DNA of 41,628 nucleotides from a virus: IMG/VR virus record IMGVR_UViG_3300019468_000010; one strand, 5' to 3'. Shown piece by piece: positions 24,301 to 33,022 of this stretch (position 1 is its first letter; each line of letters starts with the position of its first letter). The notes under the pieces were generated by a model. It saw only the letters and a program-made list of their open reading frames with translations, ran no database searches and was not told where the DNA came from. The position numbers and the translations under genes were made by a program.

Positions 24301-27300
24301 TTATTTTTATCTTTCAAATCAAGTTCACGTTCTCTAGCTTGTTCTTGTATTTGCTCCTGTTGTGCTTTTAGGTTATCGATTTCATCATTGGCTTTATCTA
24401 ATTCTTTTGAAACACTTCCTAACTCTTTATCAACTTTTGCTTTGTCTTTTCGTAGCAATTGTTCTTTAGTTAGTTCTTGCTCAATTGGTGCTAGTTCTGC
24501 ATCTAGGTTTTCACTATTTACATCTAGCTTTTGCAACTTATCCAATAATACCCAGTTTTTAGCTAGTTCCTTATTGGTATGTGCTTTAATCAAACGTGCC
24601 TCTTCCTGTGTAAGTTCCATTTGTCCTTGATTGGATAATAACATTTCTTCGGCTATTTCTTGGTTAGATTTTCCTGCGTTCGGATCATTAATAAACTCAT
24701 TTCTAGCGTTTTCCATTTCCTGTGCTACTGCTTCATCGTAAGTACTGCCAGCTTCCTCACGTTCCGCTTTTTCTAACCCCTCAATAGTTCGATATTGAGT
24801 ATTTTCCAATGCACCATCACCCAATGCCATGTATCGTTGATGTTCTTTATAGATAGGATATTCTTCGATTAAACGCTTTTCGATTGCAACCTGTACATCG
24901 TATTTTACATCTTCCCATTCTTTAATAGGCCGATTATCTAACTCTTTCATGTACTTACGCATTACACGTTCTTTAGCTTTTTCTTTAATGTCAGCAATGT
25001 ATCCTTGCACTCGTGCTTGTTCGGTTTCGCTCAATTGTTGGTATAATTTTGTATTTTCAAATTGCTCTAATGCTTGCTCATGTGCGTAGTTTTCAATATC
25101 ATCTTGCGTAGCTATCATGCGTGCCATTATATCCTTAATGTCAGATGGTACTTCACCGCCTAATCGTTGAACACTACGATAAATACGAGTTAACCATTTA
25201 GAGAATTGACGGAATACACGTTGTAGTCCTTTTGTTGGTGCTTCACCACTTCGTAAGTAGCTTTCCCAGCCTCGTGCAAATTTCTCGTGTGCTTTGGTAT
25301 TATCTACGTTTTCACCATCAACCCAACCGCTCCACTCTTTGAGTGCGTTCCAATCATCAAGTAGTTGTTTAGGTGCATCTTCCATAGATGCTAGTTTTTG
25401 AATATCATCAAAGAATACATGGCCCATTTCATGTAAGAATGTACTTCTATCTGCTGTTTTGAAAATGCTGATAATGCGTTCACCATCTTTCATGATTTCT
25501 GTCATGCCATTAACAGACTGGTTGTACTTTTCAATAACTTTGATTGCTTTATCATCGAACACTACAAAATTATGACTAAGACCATGTTTGTATTTAATCC
25601 CTTTTATACCTAACTCGTTTAATTTAAGAGATGCGTTTTTGTCACCACCTAAACGTTCTGACAAATCATTATAAAATTCCTTACCAGTTTTATTAATGTC
25701 AGTCAGATCTAATTGTTTTATTTTGTTTAAAACATATTCCGACTGTTCGTTAATTGGTTTTGAGTAATCTAACATTGTGTCTGTATCTGGAATTTCAACA
25801 TTATATAGTGTGGGTTTGTAAACAGAAGTCACTTCAAAACTATCAATATTATCAATTAGATATGAAATTTTCGAAACGATATCATTATAAAAAATATAAT
25901 GTTTCTTGTATCTGTTCTGCAACTCCTCAATAACATCAAATAGATATTCTTTATTCACTCGTTTGTTATCAGATTTAGCTTTGGTTTTAGCATCGTTTAA
26001 TATAACAGTTGCCATTCGTTCAAACTTATTATCAACAAGTGTTGGTAGTTTACTAATAGCAAATTTACTGTTTTGTGTTATAAAATCTAAAACACCATCT
26101 AATTCATTTAGGTTTTTAGTAACTATATCTAAATTATTTTGCTCATCCTCTCTATGAGAAGTTAAGCGTTTTAATAGAGTTTCTTTGTTATTCTCTACAT
26201 TGATACCACCAAATATTTGATTAATAACAGGTGCATACTCAATCGGTATATCATTACCATTTAAAGTAAATTTATTTTTAGATTTACGCTCTACTTTATA
26301 TTTTTCAGCTACATTTTTGTTTTCAGTAAAATATAGCCCCCAACCAAATGCTTGTGTTCCTAAACCACCGCCGATACTACCCAAATCAAATTCATCAAAA
26401 TCATATGGTGAACCATGCCATGCGGATTGATAATATTGATAATTATGTTTCTTTCGGAGCTTGTCTAAATCATTTTCGTTTGGTATACTATTAATAATAT
26501 TAGACCAACTAACACTCATTTGTCCGCTTGATTGGACGTTATTGACTGTTAGTTGGTTTATTTTTTTTGTATTAACATATAACAAATCGCCATTATTTAT
26601 CGCATTAGAGTACCATGTAGTATTAACTCTAGGGAATATACTTTTAACCCTAGTTTGATAGCTATTTCTTCCGCTTTGAACATCAAAAACCAACGGTACA
26701 TGAACAAGGTTATTTTGCGTATCTCTTAATTCAACAACGGCCACAATTTCACCTTTTACCGATGCATTAGCAACAGGGTCAAAGTTTTTGAATATTGCAA
26801 TCGGATTAGATAACGCACCAGGTAACTGTTTCATAACATTTAAGTCAAACTTATGTGCATGCTTAGTGGCAAATACTTTATTAAGCATTTTCGTTGTTAT
26901 ATAAACATCACCAGTTGTAAATTTGTAGTCAGGATCTTTAATTGTGCTAAACACTAAAGGTGCTGACATTATTTTATTTACACCTTGTTTAAGCGTTCCG
27001 TTTTGTAAATCGTTTAATATTTTCCCCCATTGAGTTATATCGGCTTGTAATTTTTGATGCATTGCCAATTGTTGTGCATACCCTTTTTGGTTTTCTAAAA
27101 CCGCATCCATTTTGATACGCACGCTATCACGCAAATAATCCATAGCGGTATACCCGCCTTTGCCCATTTGTCGCATATATTGTGCCATTACATCAGCATG
27201 TTGTGCCATTAACAACGCATTAGCTTTTGCCGTTTCACGTTGTTTTCTATCGGTACTTTCACCAATCGCTCTAACAACTTTGTTGTACACTTCATAGCCA

Positions 27301-29771
27301 CTCTTGGATAATTGCATCCGTAACGCTATATCGTTATCCGCTAATGTGAAAATCTTATCATGCAATCTCTCAAGGCTTTCAATTTGTTGCAAGGTATGTT
27401 CCATATCAGCATGATGAATATTGCTTTGGTTAAGTGCTTCCGCATTATCAGCGAATGCAGTTTGTGCTTTTGCCACGCTTGAATGAAACGCTGCACGTCT
27501 ACGTTCTGCGTTAGTGCGTGGTGCTTTACCGCCATTATTAGACTTGTAATCAGTCAGCCATTGTGGCTCTACACCGCTTGCCGTAGCTTCTTTAATGTCA
27601 TTGTCCATGTTGTCAAAGTCGCTTGCGTAGTTTTCACGATAGTCTTGCACTAGGTTTTTGTACAAGTTATTATACGCTTGCTTAACCTGTGTAGGATTAG
27701 CAAATACTTGGTCTAGCACTTCACGATCTACATCGCTTGCATCTTCAAATTCATCACTGATAATGCTTTCTTTAACTCGTTGTGCTTTCTTTTCTGTTGC
27801 ATCAACTAGGTTATTATTAAAGGCTTCCACTTCCGCTTTTGCACGTTCTAGCGTTTTCATAGACATACCACCACGAGTAAAGTAAGTACTTTCTTCTAGT
27901 GCCTTAACAGTTTCTTCTGTCAAGCCACCGCTTAATTGTGCATACTTTCCGATTGGTACAGGAATATCTGCATTAGCTTCGATACTCTTCGATACTTCCT
28001 CTTGCGTTACCAAACCACTATCAATCATATTCTTAATGGCTTGTTGACCCTCTTCTGTTTCTGCCATTTCATTGACATTTACATATGCAGTAGATACACC
28101 TACATTATCGCCTTGTGCTTGTACGATTTTTCCGTATAGTTCAGGGTTTTCTTTTGCCATTTTGTTTGACGATGCATCTTGCTTCAACGCTTGCATAATA
28201 GCAGTACCATTTCGATTTTGTTCTGCCATCACGGCTTGTTGTTGTTCTTCAGGTGTTAGCTTTTGAAATTCATGGAACGCTTTCATGGTGTGGATGCCAC
28301 TAACACCGCCACCAATTGCACCTAAACCGATTACGGCTGGTAATGCTTGTAGCATTGCACCGCCTGCACCTACTGCCATATCACCTATGGAATATACTCC
28401 CTCTGGGTCATTAGCATTGCGGTATAGGTTATGTTGGAATTTCTCGTTAATGTCTTGCAAGCCCTCTTCAACTAATTCAGAACCGCCAGCCTTAACAGAT
28501 GCTTTCGCCATTTGTGCAACAGTAGTGCCAATGCCCCTATTAAATGTTGCGATTGTATCACTTGTAGCACCTTGTAATACTTTTGACATAACCGCTTTAG
28601 GTGCTACCTTACCTACACCCTTAATCATGAAACGTGTAGATGCCATTTCAATACCTGTATCAACTGCAGCATATGTCATAGCGTATTTATAGGCTTCATC
28701 ATTAGAGTATACTTTATTACCATTTGCATCACGTTTATTAATGAGTTCTAGGTATTTATTACCGAATGACATTTTGTACATTTCATATGCCATGTCAGCA
28801 CCGCCACCCCATTTAGCACCAGTTACTGCACCTGCGCCTATACCTACACCATCGGTAGTTAAACCACCAATTACCGCACCGATTGCACCGCCTATGATTG
28901 CACCTGTACCGCCTTGTTTACCCATCATGTATGCTTGTGCTGCCGTTTGTCCAAATACTTCTTGTAATGGATTAGTTCCGTCAGGTGTTCGGTAGTTGCG
29001 CAAGTTATTTTGCAAGCGTTCCATTTCTGATGTTAATTCGTTAATACGTTCAGGGTCTTTTGTATGTGCCAATTCAAATCCAACATCACCTAACTTCATC
29101 TGATCGTTCATAGACCAAATACCTTGTTGAATTGCATCGAATGTAGATTTCGTAGCACGAATTGATTGTAGATTGTTGATTGCTTGTAATTGTTCAGCTT
29201 GTGAACCATATTTCACTTTATATAGTTCAGGGAATTCATCGTATATATCTTGTAATACTGCGCCACGTTCAACTCGTCTTGACAAGTAATCAGCACGTTC
29301 AAACGCTTTATCATCACCACGCATAATTATATCAGGGTCAATATCTAATACTTTCCCCATTCTAACTGCTTCGTTATAACGTAGGGTATCGTTATTGTAT
29401 AGAAACAATCTATCCGTATTACTAACAACACTTGTAGGAAGTATCTTTTGTAATGACTGTCCTAGTGGTTCTAAACCTTGGTATGGATTGTCAGCTTTAC
29501 CAAACGGATAATATGTGGTTGTACCATCAGCATTAGTTTCTTCCATTGTGCGTGGTGTATTTGCAATAGCCTTAATTGCATTAATAGCATTATCAACTAC
29601 TTGTGCTGTTGTATCTATCCCTGCACCTATTGCATTACCAACTTCAGTAAAACCGCCAGTAGGTTTAGACTGAACACCAGCACTAGCACTAAAAGATGGT
29701 GATGTTTTAACATAGCCATTCTGTACAGCTAGTGCTTCCTGCCGTTCTTGTTCAAGTGTTTGTTTAGCCAT
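21309..29771 (-). CDS. Giant (2,820 aa) polyvalent internal virion/ejection protein (gp16-position)
   Basis: Single uninterrupted ORF, about one fifth of the genome, in the gp16 position. It has glycine-zipper TM segments, a MuF-C-like module, a WHGS...GWGLYF...NFVVFD signature, an HEMGH zincin, a long coiled coil and a roughly 1000-aa C-terminal region. Confidence 0.8.
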   Translation of the reverse strand: MAKQTLEQERQEALAVQNGYVKTSPSFSASAGVQSKPTGGFTEVGNAIGAGIDTTAQVVDNAINAIKAIANTPRTMEETNADGTTTYYPFGKADNPYQGLEPLGQSLQKILPTSVVSNTDRLFLYNNDTLRYNEAVRMGKVLDIDPDIIMRGDDKAFERADYLSRRVERGAVLQDIYDEFPELYKVKYGSQAEQLQAINNLQSIRATKSTFDAIQQGIWSMNDQMKLGDVGFELAHTKDPERINELTSEMERLQNNLRNYRTPDGTNPLQEVFGQTAAQAYMMGKQGGTGAIIGGAIGAVIGGLTTDGVGIGAGAVTGAKWGGGADMAYEMYKMSFGNKYLELINKRDANGNKVYSNDEAYKYAMTYAAVDTGIEMASTRFMIKGVGKVAPKAVMSKVLQGATSDTIATFNRGIGTTVAQMAKASVKAGGSELVEEGLQDINEKFQHNLYRNANDPEGVYSIGDMAVGAGGAMLQALPAVIGLGAIGGGVSGIHTMKAFHEFQKLTPEEQQQAVMAEQNRNGTAIMQALKQDASSNKMAKENPELYGKIVQAQGDNVGVSTAYVNVNEMAETEEGQQAIKNMIDSGLVTQEEVSKSIEANADIPVPIGKYAQLSGGLTEETVKALEESTYFTRGGMSMKTLERAKAEVEAFNNNLVDATEKKAQRVKESIISDEFEDASDVDREVLDQVFANPTQVKQAYNNLYKNLVQDYRENYASDFDNMDNDIKEATASGVEPQWLTDYKSNNGGKAPRTNAERRRAAFHSSVAKAQTAFADNAEALNQSNIHHADMEHTLQQIESLERLHDKIFTLADNDIALRMQLSKSGYEVYNKVVRAIGESTDRKQRETAKANALLMAQHADVMAQYMRQMGKGGYTAMDYLRDSVRIKMDAVLENQKGYAQQLAMHQKLQADITQWGKILNDLQNGTLKQGVNKIMSAPLVFSTIKDPDYKFTTGDVYITTKMLNKVFATKHAHKFDLNVMKQLPGALSNPIAIFKNFDPVANASVKGEIVAVVELRDTQNNLVHVPLVFDVQSGRNSYQTRVKSIFPRVNTTWYSNAINNGDLLYVNTKKINQLTVNNVQSSGQMSVSWSNIINSIPNENDLDKLRKKHNYQYYQSAWHGSPYDFDEFDLGSIGGGLGTQAFGWGLYFTENKNVAEKYKVERKSKNKFTLNGNDIPIEYAPVINQIFGGINVENNKETLLKRLTSHREDEQNNLDIVTKNLNELDGVLDFITQNSKFAISKLPTLVDNKFERMATVILNDAKTKAKSDNKRVNKEYLFDVIEELQNRYKKHYIFYNDIVSKISYLIDNIDSFEVTSVYKPTLYNVEIPDTDTMLDYSKPINEQSEYVLNKIKQLDLTDINKTGKEFYNDLSERLGGDKNASLKLNELGIKGIKYKHGLSHNFVVFDDKAIKVIEKYNQSVNGMTEIMKDGERIISIFKTADRSTFLHEMGHVFFDDIQKLASMEDAPKQLLDDWNALKEWSGWVDGENVDNTKAHEKFARGWESYLRSGEAPTKGLQRVFRQFSKWLTRIYRSVQRLGGEVPSDIKDIMARMIATQDDIENYAHEQALEQFENTKLYQQLSETEQARVQGYIADIKEKAKERVMRKYMKELDNRPIKEWEDVKYDVQVAIEKRLIEEYPIYKEHQRYMALGDGALENTQYRTIEGLEKAEREEAGSTYDEAVAQEMENARNEFINDPNAGKSNQEIAEEMLLSNQGQMELTQEEARLIKAHTNKELAKNWVLLDKLQKLDVNSENLDAELAPIEQELTKEQLLRKDKAKVDKELGSVSKELDKANDEIDNLKAQQEQIQEQARERELDLKDKNNELSKRLTAITNRLDKVLEQKERLQERMQERMDHKVLSKEERIEKLMDTLQERINAVRTIRDGGFGTIPKYMERAKRELGDLTLSQASQYKKYQNQAVRDGKKADSALATGKVDEALRAKQSQMLNQARARVAFENSKAIKKLRVKLLDQLNRMTRSQNPIMIEPNMRYFYTHMAYQMGLTKYDGLQPVNGFDMMAVIKALDADADIMGDKEATVQLEPWIYEMFDAKSPRTFSTLKMSELEQLEELMTGMYKSGRTQYEGSTLIDEKGNNVTFDEAIFQIIDKAAETFGRDNGNVFNELNNRSRADALSNTLNNFNLSLLKAETFLRRLDGGKNGPAVRYIYEPINKATQKFNEYKEKSMYRLARDVKAVYSKKQLFDVRNDHLYNVGELRNVTKEQIIMLALNWGTEKNRQRALETIQSNEVEMERAFQEYMTDKDWEFVIRTWEHINSFYEERSKVQEELYGNPLKKEKGITFTIGGREIQGQYFPIVYNPKVSAKVSDFETEDIAKTMIASNAIFGTGMGATKSRLDVVKGKSLMLDFDVIPNAITEAINHVTMRKAVTDVNKLVGNSRFQEYIVDKFGMETYQFLRTWVRDNWKDEAAKLDAWGRLVMTLKKNTSTAVMAGRVSVALQNALNIPVAMYRIGVGNTLKAISDAGIGFYGVGTTKYNATRDFVLSQSIFMRERVQTLDKDLKQGLSIEGKGLRIGDTNIGGYKAEQLANIRDDINQMGFRLLTETDFALSIPIWKFAYDKKVLELQSVEGVTAEFVEQEAISAGDRAVRDIFGSGDTKDSAGIQRSRNALTQLFVPFYSYANTLYNIIAEGNYARKDQGNYGQFVRMLWWTLTAQALGMMVYKAMTNGDDDSPEDLAKSFGEELVSQATMGIPIVRDISNMAMKYILGEKVFNKGNTVMAASIVEKLYDVGNAIVSPNKGAMDVGRSLSQVSNRITGFSDTVTDGLWTLAKFALTDTDAKLEDVIMAIMFDRRLKDKKSKKDKH

Positions 29772-29773
29772 TT

Positions 29774-31945
29774 TTAATCTCCGTTATCGTTATATCTTCT
29801 TTGCATGTTGTTATACACGCTTTCGTAAATATCTCTTGTTGAGCCATCTTGATATGTTACACGCACATAATGGTTGCCAACAGGTTCAACATGCACAATA
29901 CCCATCGCTCTATTGCTTGCTGCGCTAATAGGTGCGCTATAATCATCACCATCACCGAAATATGGTTTTTCCGTACTTCGTAATGTTTGTGTTGCCAATG
30001 CGCCCTCAAATATATCATGCATTTCTGCTTCTGTAGGCGCTCTACCATGTTTGCTTTCAAAGTCAGCTTTACGGCTTAACATCTCTTGTTTAACACCATA
30101 TTCAAAACTTGAACGCAACGATTTGTCAGCAGGCAACGCACTTTGTATTTCGCTATCATAAGGTGTTAAATCAATTTTGTTGGCCTTTAATCGGTTATCG
30201 TTCGCTTCAAGCAACACTCCATCGAAACTATCATCAACAACTTTATCAGGGTACATTCTCTGTGCATGTGCTAGTGTTTCTTCGTATGTATGAGTTTCAG
30301 CATATTTTTTTAACTCAAACTTTTGTTTTGCATTCAATTTAAGGCCTTTTTCATACATAGAATCAAGTTTAGGTCGCATTGATGCTTCTGTACCGCTCCA
30401 CGCTTCCTTTTCCATATCGGTCTGTGCGCCTGCTGCTTGTGCGTGTGCATAAGATGATGCACCTACATAATCGCCTTTTGCTATTAATTGGTTATATACA
30501 ATTTTAGCTGCAGTAATTCTGTCTTTAGCTTGCTTGGCTTCGATGTTCATTTGCATTGTCAGCCAGCCTTTATAATTTTCACGGCCTTGTTTAACCGCCT
30601 TTTCAATCTGATCTTCTGAAAAAACAGGTTGACCGCCTTTAGTCATAGGTGCATTACGCATTAATGCTTTATAATGTTCTGCACCTGCGCCATAATATCC
30701 ACCTGCTTTTAGCTTATCAGCATATTCCTCTACACTCTGTGCGTTGACTGCACCATTTGGCTTTATGTAGTGTTCAATCCAATCATCCACAAACTCTTCA
30801 TCGGAATTATACATTTTGTAATAATTCGTTCCATCTTCAGGTGGTTGTTTGTTCTCTTCTCCATTAGGTTCTGATTGAGTTAACCCTGCGTAGTTATGAT
30901 TTTCTCTTGCTAATCTACTAAGTTCGCCACCATCTGTACCCTCTGCATATAACTGCCTATATGCAATTTCTGTATTGATACCATACTTATTATGTGCATA
31001 TTGTGCTAATTTCCATAAATGTTGATTAGCACCAATACCTGATTGCATGGCTTCCTTGTTTTTGGCTTCCATTTGCGAACGTATGCGTGAACCCATAATG
31101 TCCATACCACGATTTACATCATCGCCTGCAGCCAATCGGATTGCACCGAAATCATTTTCATTGTTAGCGATTTTGTTTATACCCATTTGTTGGTACATTT
31201 TCCTGTATGGTGTTAATACATTCTCACTAGCAAGCCCAGTTAATGCAGTCAACTGCTTGTCCAGTGTTTCTGAATTATTATCAGCAACAGTTTTATCTAA
31301 TAAGGTTTTAGCATTAAGATCATAGTTTTGTTGTTTTTTAGATGCTATTTGTTCATCATCAAGCACTAATTGTTTACCAGTTGCTTCTATTAAATCGCCT
31401 GTTAATGTTAATGTTTTCATTTGTTGATTAACATCACCAGTTTGTAACAGATTGTTATTCAAGTTATTGATTTGATTTTGTGTAGCAGTGCTTAATGCAT
31501 CCTCGTACTGACCTCTCATGTACCTAGATATACCATCTAAATCGTTTGTTTTTGATGTTTCAACCGCTTTATTGAAAGCGTTTACCGCATCAGTTGTACG
31601 TAAGTTATATTTAGCAGCAAGTTCGCTTTGGAATTTTTGTGTACTCTCAAGGTATGTAGGTAGTATCCCTTGCGCATTCATACCTTTTTGGTACATTAAC
31701 CCTTTATCTTTATCAAATTTTAATTCAGTTACTTTTTGATTAAATTCGTTAATAGCATTTGTAGCATTGATATAATCTTTCTGTTTGTCGATTTCAAGCC
31801 AAGTTTTAGATGCATCATCCAATGCTTTTGCAAATGTGTTAATTCCGTTTTGGTTAACACCATATGCTTCTGCATTGATCGTTGGTCTAAACTCACCATT
31901 AACTGTATTTAATCTTTCATTTTGTTCATAATTAACTAATTTCAT
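29774..31945 (-). CDS. Internal virion protein (gp15-position, 723 aa) with an embedded glucosaminidase-type peptidoglycan hydrolase domain
   Basis: IAYRQLYAEGTDGGELSRLARENHNYAGL...YYKMYNSDEEFVDDWIEHYI...GGYYGAGAEHYKAL fits the FlgJ/LytD-type E-x-G-x-G-x-S-x-LA..NN-x-x-G signature (about nt 30650-31010). Confidence 0.6.
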   Translation of the reverse strand: MKLVNYEQNERLNTVNGEFRPTINAEAYGVNQNGINTFAKALDDASKTWLEIDKQKDYINATNAINEFNQKVTELKFDKDKGLMYQKGMNAQGILPTYLESTQKFQSELAAKYNLRTTDAVNAFNKAVETSKTNDLDGISRYMRGQYEDALSTATQNQINNLNNNLLQTGDVNQQMKTLTLTGDLIEATGKQLVLDDEQIASKKQQNYDLNAKTLLDKTVADNNSETLDKQLTALTGLASENVLTPYRKMYQQMGINKIANNENDFGAIRLAAGDDVNRGMDIMGSRIRSQMEAKNKEAMQSGIGANQHLWKLAQYAHNKYGINTEIAYRQLYAEGTDGGELSRLARENHNYAGLTQSEPNGEENKQPPEDGTNYYKMYNSDEEFVDDWIEHYIKPNGAVNAQSVEEYADKLKAGGYYGAGAEHYKALMRNAPMTKGGQPVFSEDQIEKAVKQGRENYKGWLTMQMNIEAKQAKDRITAAKIVYNQLIAKGDYVGASSYAHAQAAGAQTDMEKEAWSGTEASMRPKLDSMYEKGLKLNAKQKFELKKYAETHTYEETLAHAQRMYPDKVVDDSFDGVLLEANDNRLKANKIDLTPYDSEIQSALPADKSLRSSFEYGVKQEMLSRKADFESKHGRAPTEAEMHDIFEGALATQTLRSTEKPYFGDGDDYSAPISAASNRAMGIVHVEPVGNHYVRVTYQDGSTRDIYESVYNNMQRRYNDNGD

Positions 31946-31947
31946 AG

Positions 31948-32547
31948 TTACCTGCCGTTAAAAGTCCAAACTTTCTTAACTGTTTTAACTGGTCTTTCTG
32001 TTACACCATTTACATCACCGCCATATTGAGTTTTGTATTTACCACCAGTATATTGTTGTTTCATCCCATAGATACTAGATGCACCACTCAAGATAGTACC
32101 GAGCATTTGCAATCGCCCTTGCGTTTTAGCATTGGATGCAGCTGCTCTTGCACTACTAGCTTCATTGCGATAATTAACCCCATTAAGATATTCATTGTAG
32201 ATACTGTTATTCTTGTTGGTTTCCCAATTGTTAATATCCTTGTTGTATTCATCGTAGCTACTAGCCATTAATTGTAATGGTGTACCACTCATGGATAACC
32301 CCGTAGCGCCTGCCTCTGCCGTATTCTGACCTGCAATCAACCGCATTTTATTGTCCATCTTATCACGCTCTTGTAATGCTTGATTGGCAATATCCTGTTG
32401 TTTCCTATCAGATATACGTGCATTAGCTTCCGCTGCTTGTGCTTGTGCATTATACATTGCAGTTTGTGCTTTAGTTTGTTGGTGTTGCCCCCATAATTGA
32501 GTAACCAATTGACCTGCCATCAATGCAATAGGATTACACATTCGCAT
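31948..32547 (-). CDS. Internal virion protein (gp14-position, 199 aa)
   Basis: Position and size (T7 gp14 is 196 aa). Q/A/N-rich helical composition. Confidence 0.45.
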   Translation of the reverse strand: MRMCNPIALMAGQLVTQLWGQHQQTKAQTAMYNAQAQAAEANARISDRKQQDIANQALQERDKMDNKMRLIAGQNTAEAGATGLSMSGTPLQLMASSYDEYNKDINNWETNKNNSIYNEYLNGVNYRNEASSARAAASNAKTQGRLQMLGTILSGASSIYGMKQQYTGGKYKTQYGGDVNGVTERPVKTVKKVWTFNGR

Positions 32548-33022
32548 CCCCCTTTCTCAATGTAAATAGTTCCATTCCGTTGTGTGTAATATCAGAATGA
32601 ATAACCGCCCCTAGTGATGTAAGCCATCGCTTCGAGCGGTTATTTTTCTTATGTATGAAATTGAATAAACATTCATGAGTGGATAACCACTCTTTTATGA
32701 TTGCGTTACTTCGTTTTAGAAATTCCTTTTGTAATTTCAAATTAGTATCTAGTATCTTATTCCCTAGGAAATAAATACAGTGCATTCCGTTGATTGGCTT
32801 TTTTGAAATACCATATACGGCTATTGGTACATTATTCTCAATTACAATGTGGTTTTCATAATCATCACTACATATATCCCTTACAAAATCATTTTTTCCA
32901 TAATTCGGAAAATTTTGGTTCGCTATATTGACCTCTAAGGTGTCTATGGCTCGTAAGTTGATATATAAGTCATGAATTAATGAAGTGTGCCTTACAGGGC
33001 AAATCTCAAAGTCCTGTAACAT
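32534..33022 (-). CDS. gp13-position protein with a GNAT-like C-terminal signature
   Basis: AGGTGG RBS before the ATG at 33022. FNFIHKKNNRSKRWLTSLGA resembles the N-x-x-S-x-R-x-L-x-x-LGF acetyltransferase motif. This is weak evidence. Confidence 0.35.
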   Translation of the reverse strand: MLQDFEICPVRHTSLIHDLYINLRAIDTLEVNIANQNFPNYGKNDFVRDICSDDYENHIVIENNVPIAVYGISKKPINGMHCIYFLGNKILDTNLKLQKEFLKRSNAIIKEWLSTHECLFNFIHKKNNRSKRWLTSLGAVIHSDITHNGMELFTLRKGDANV

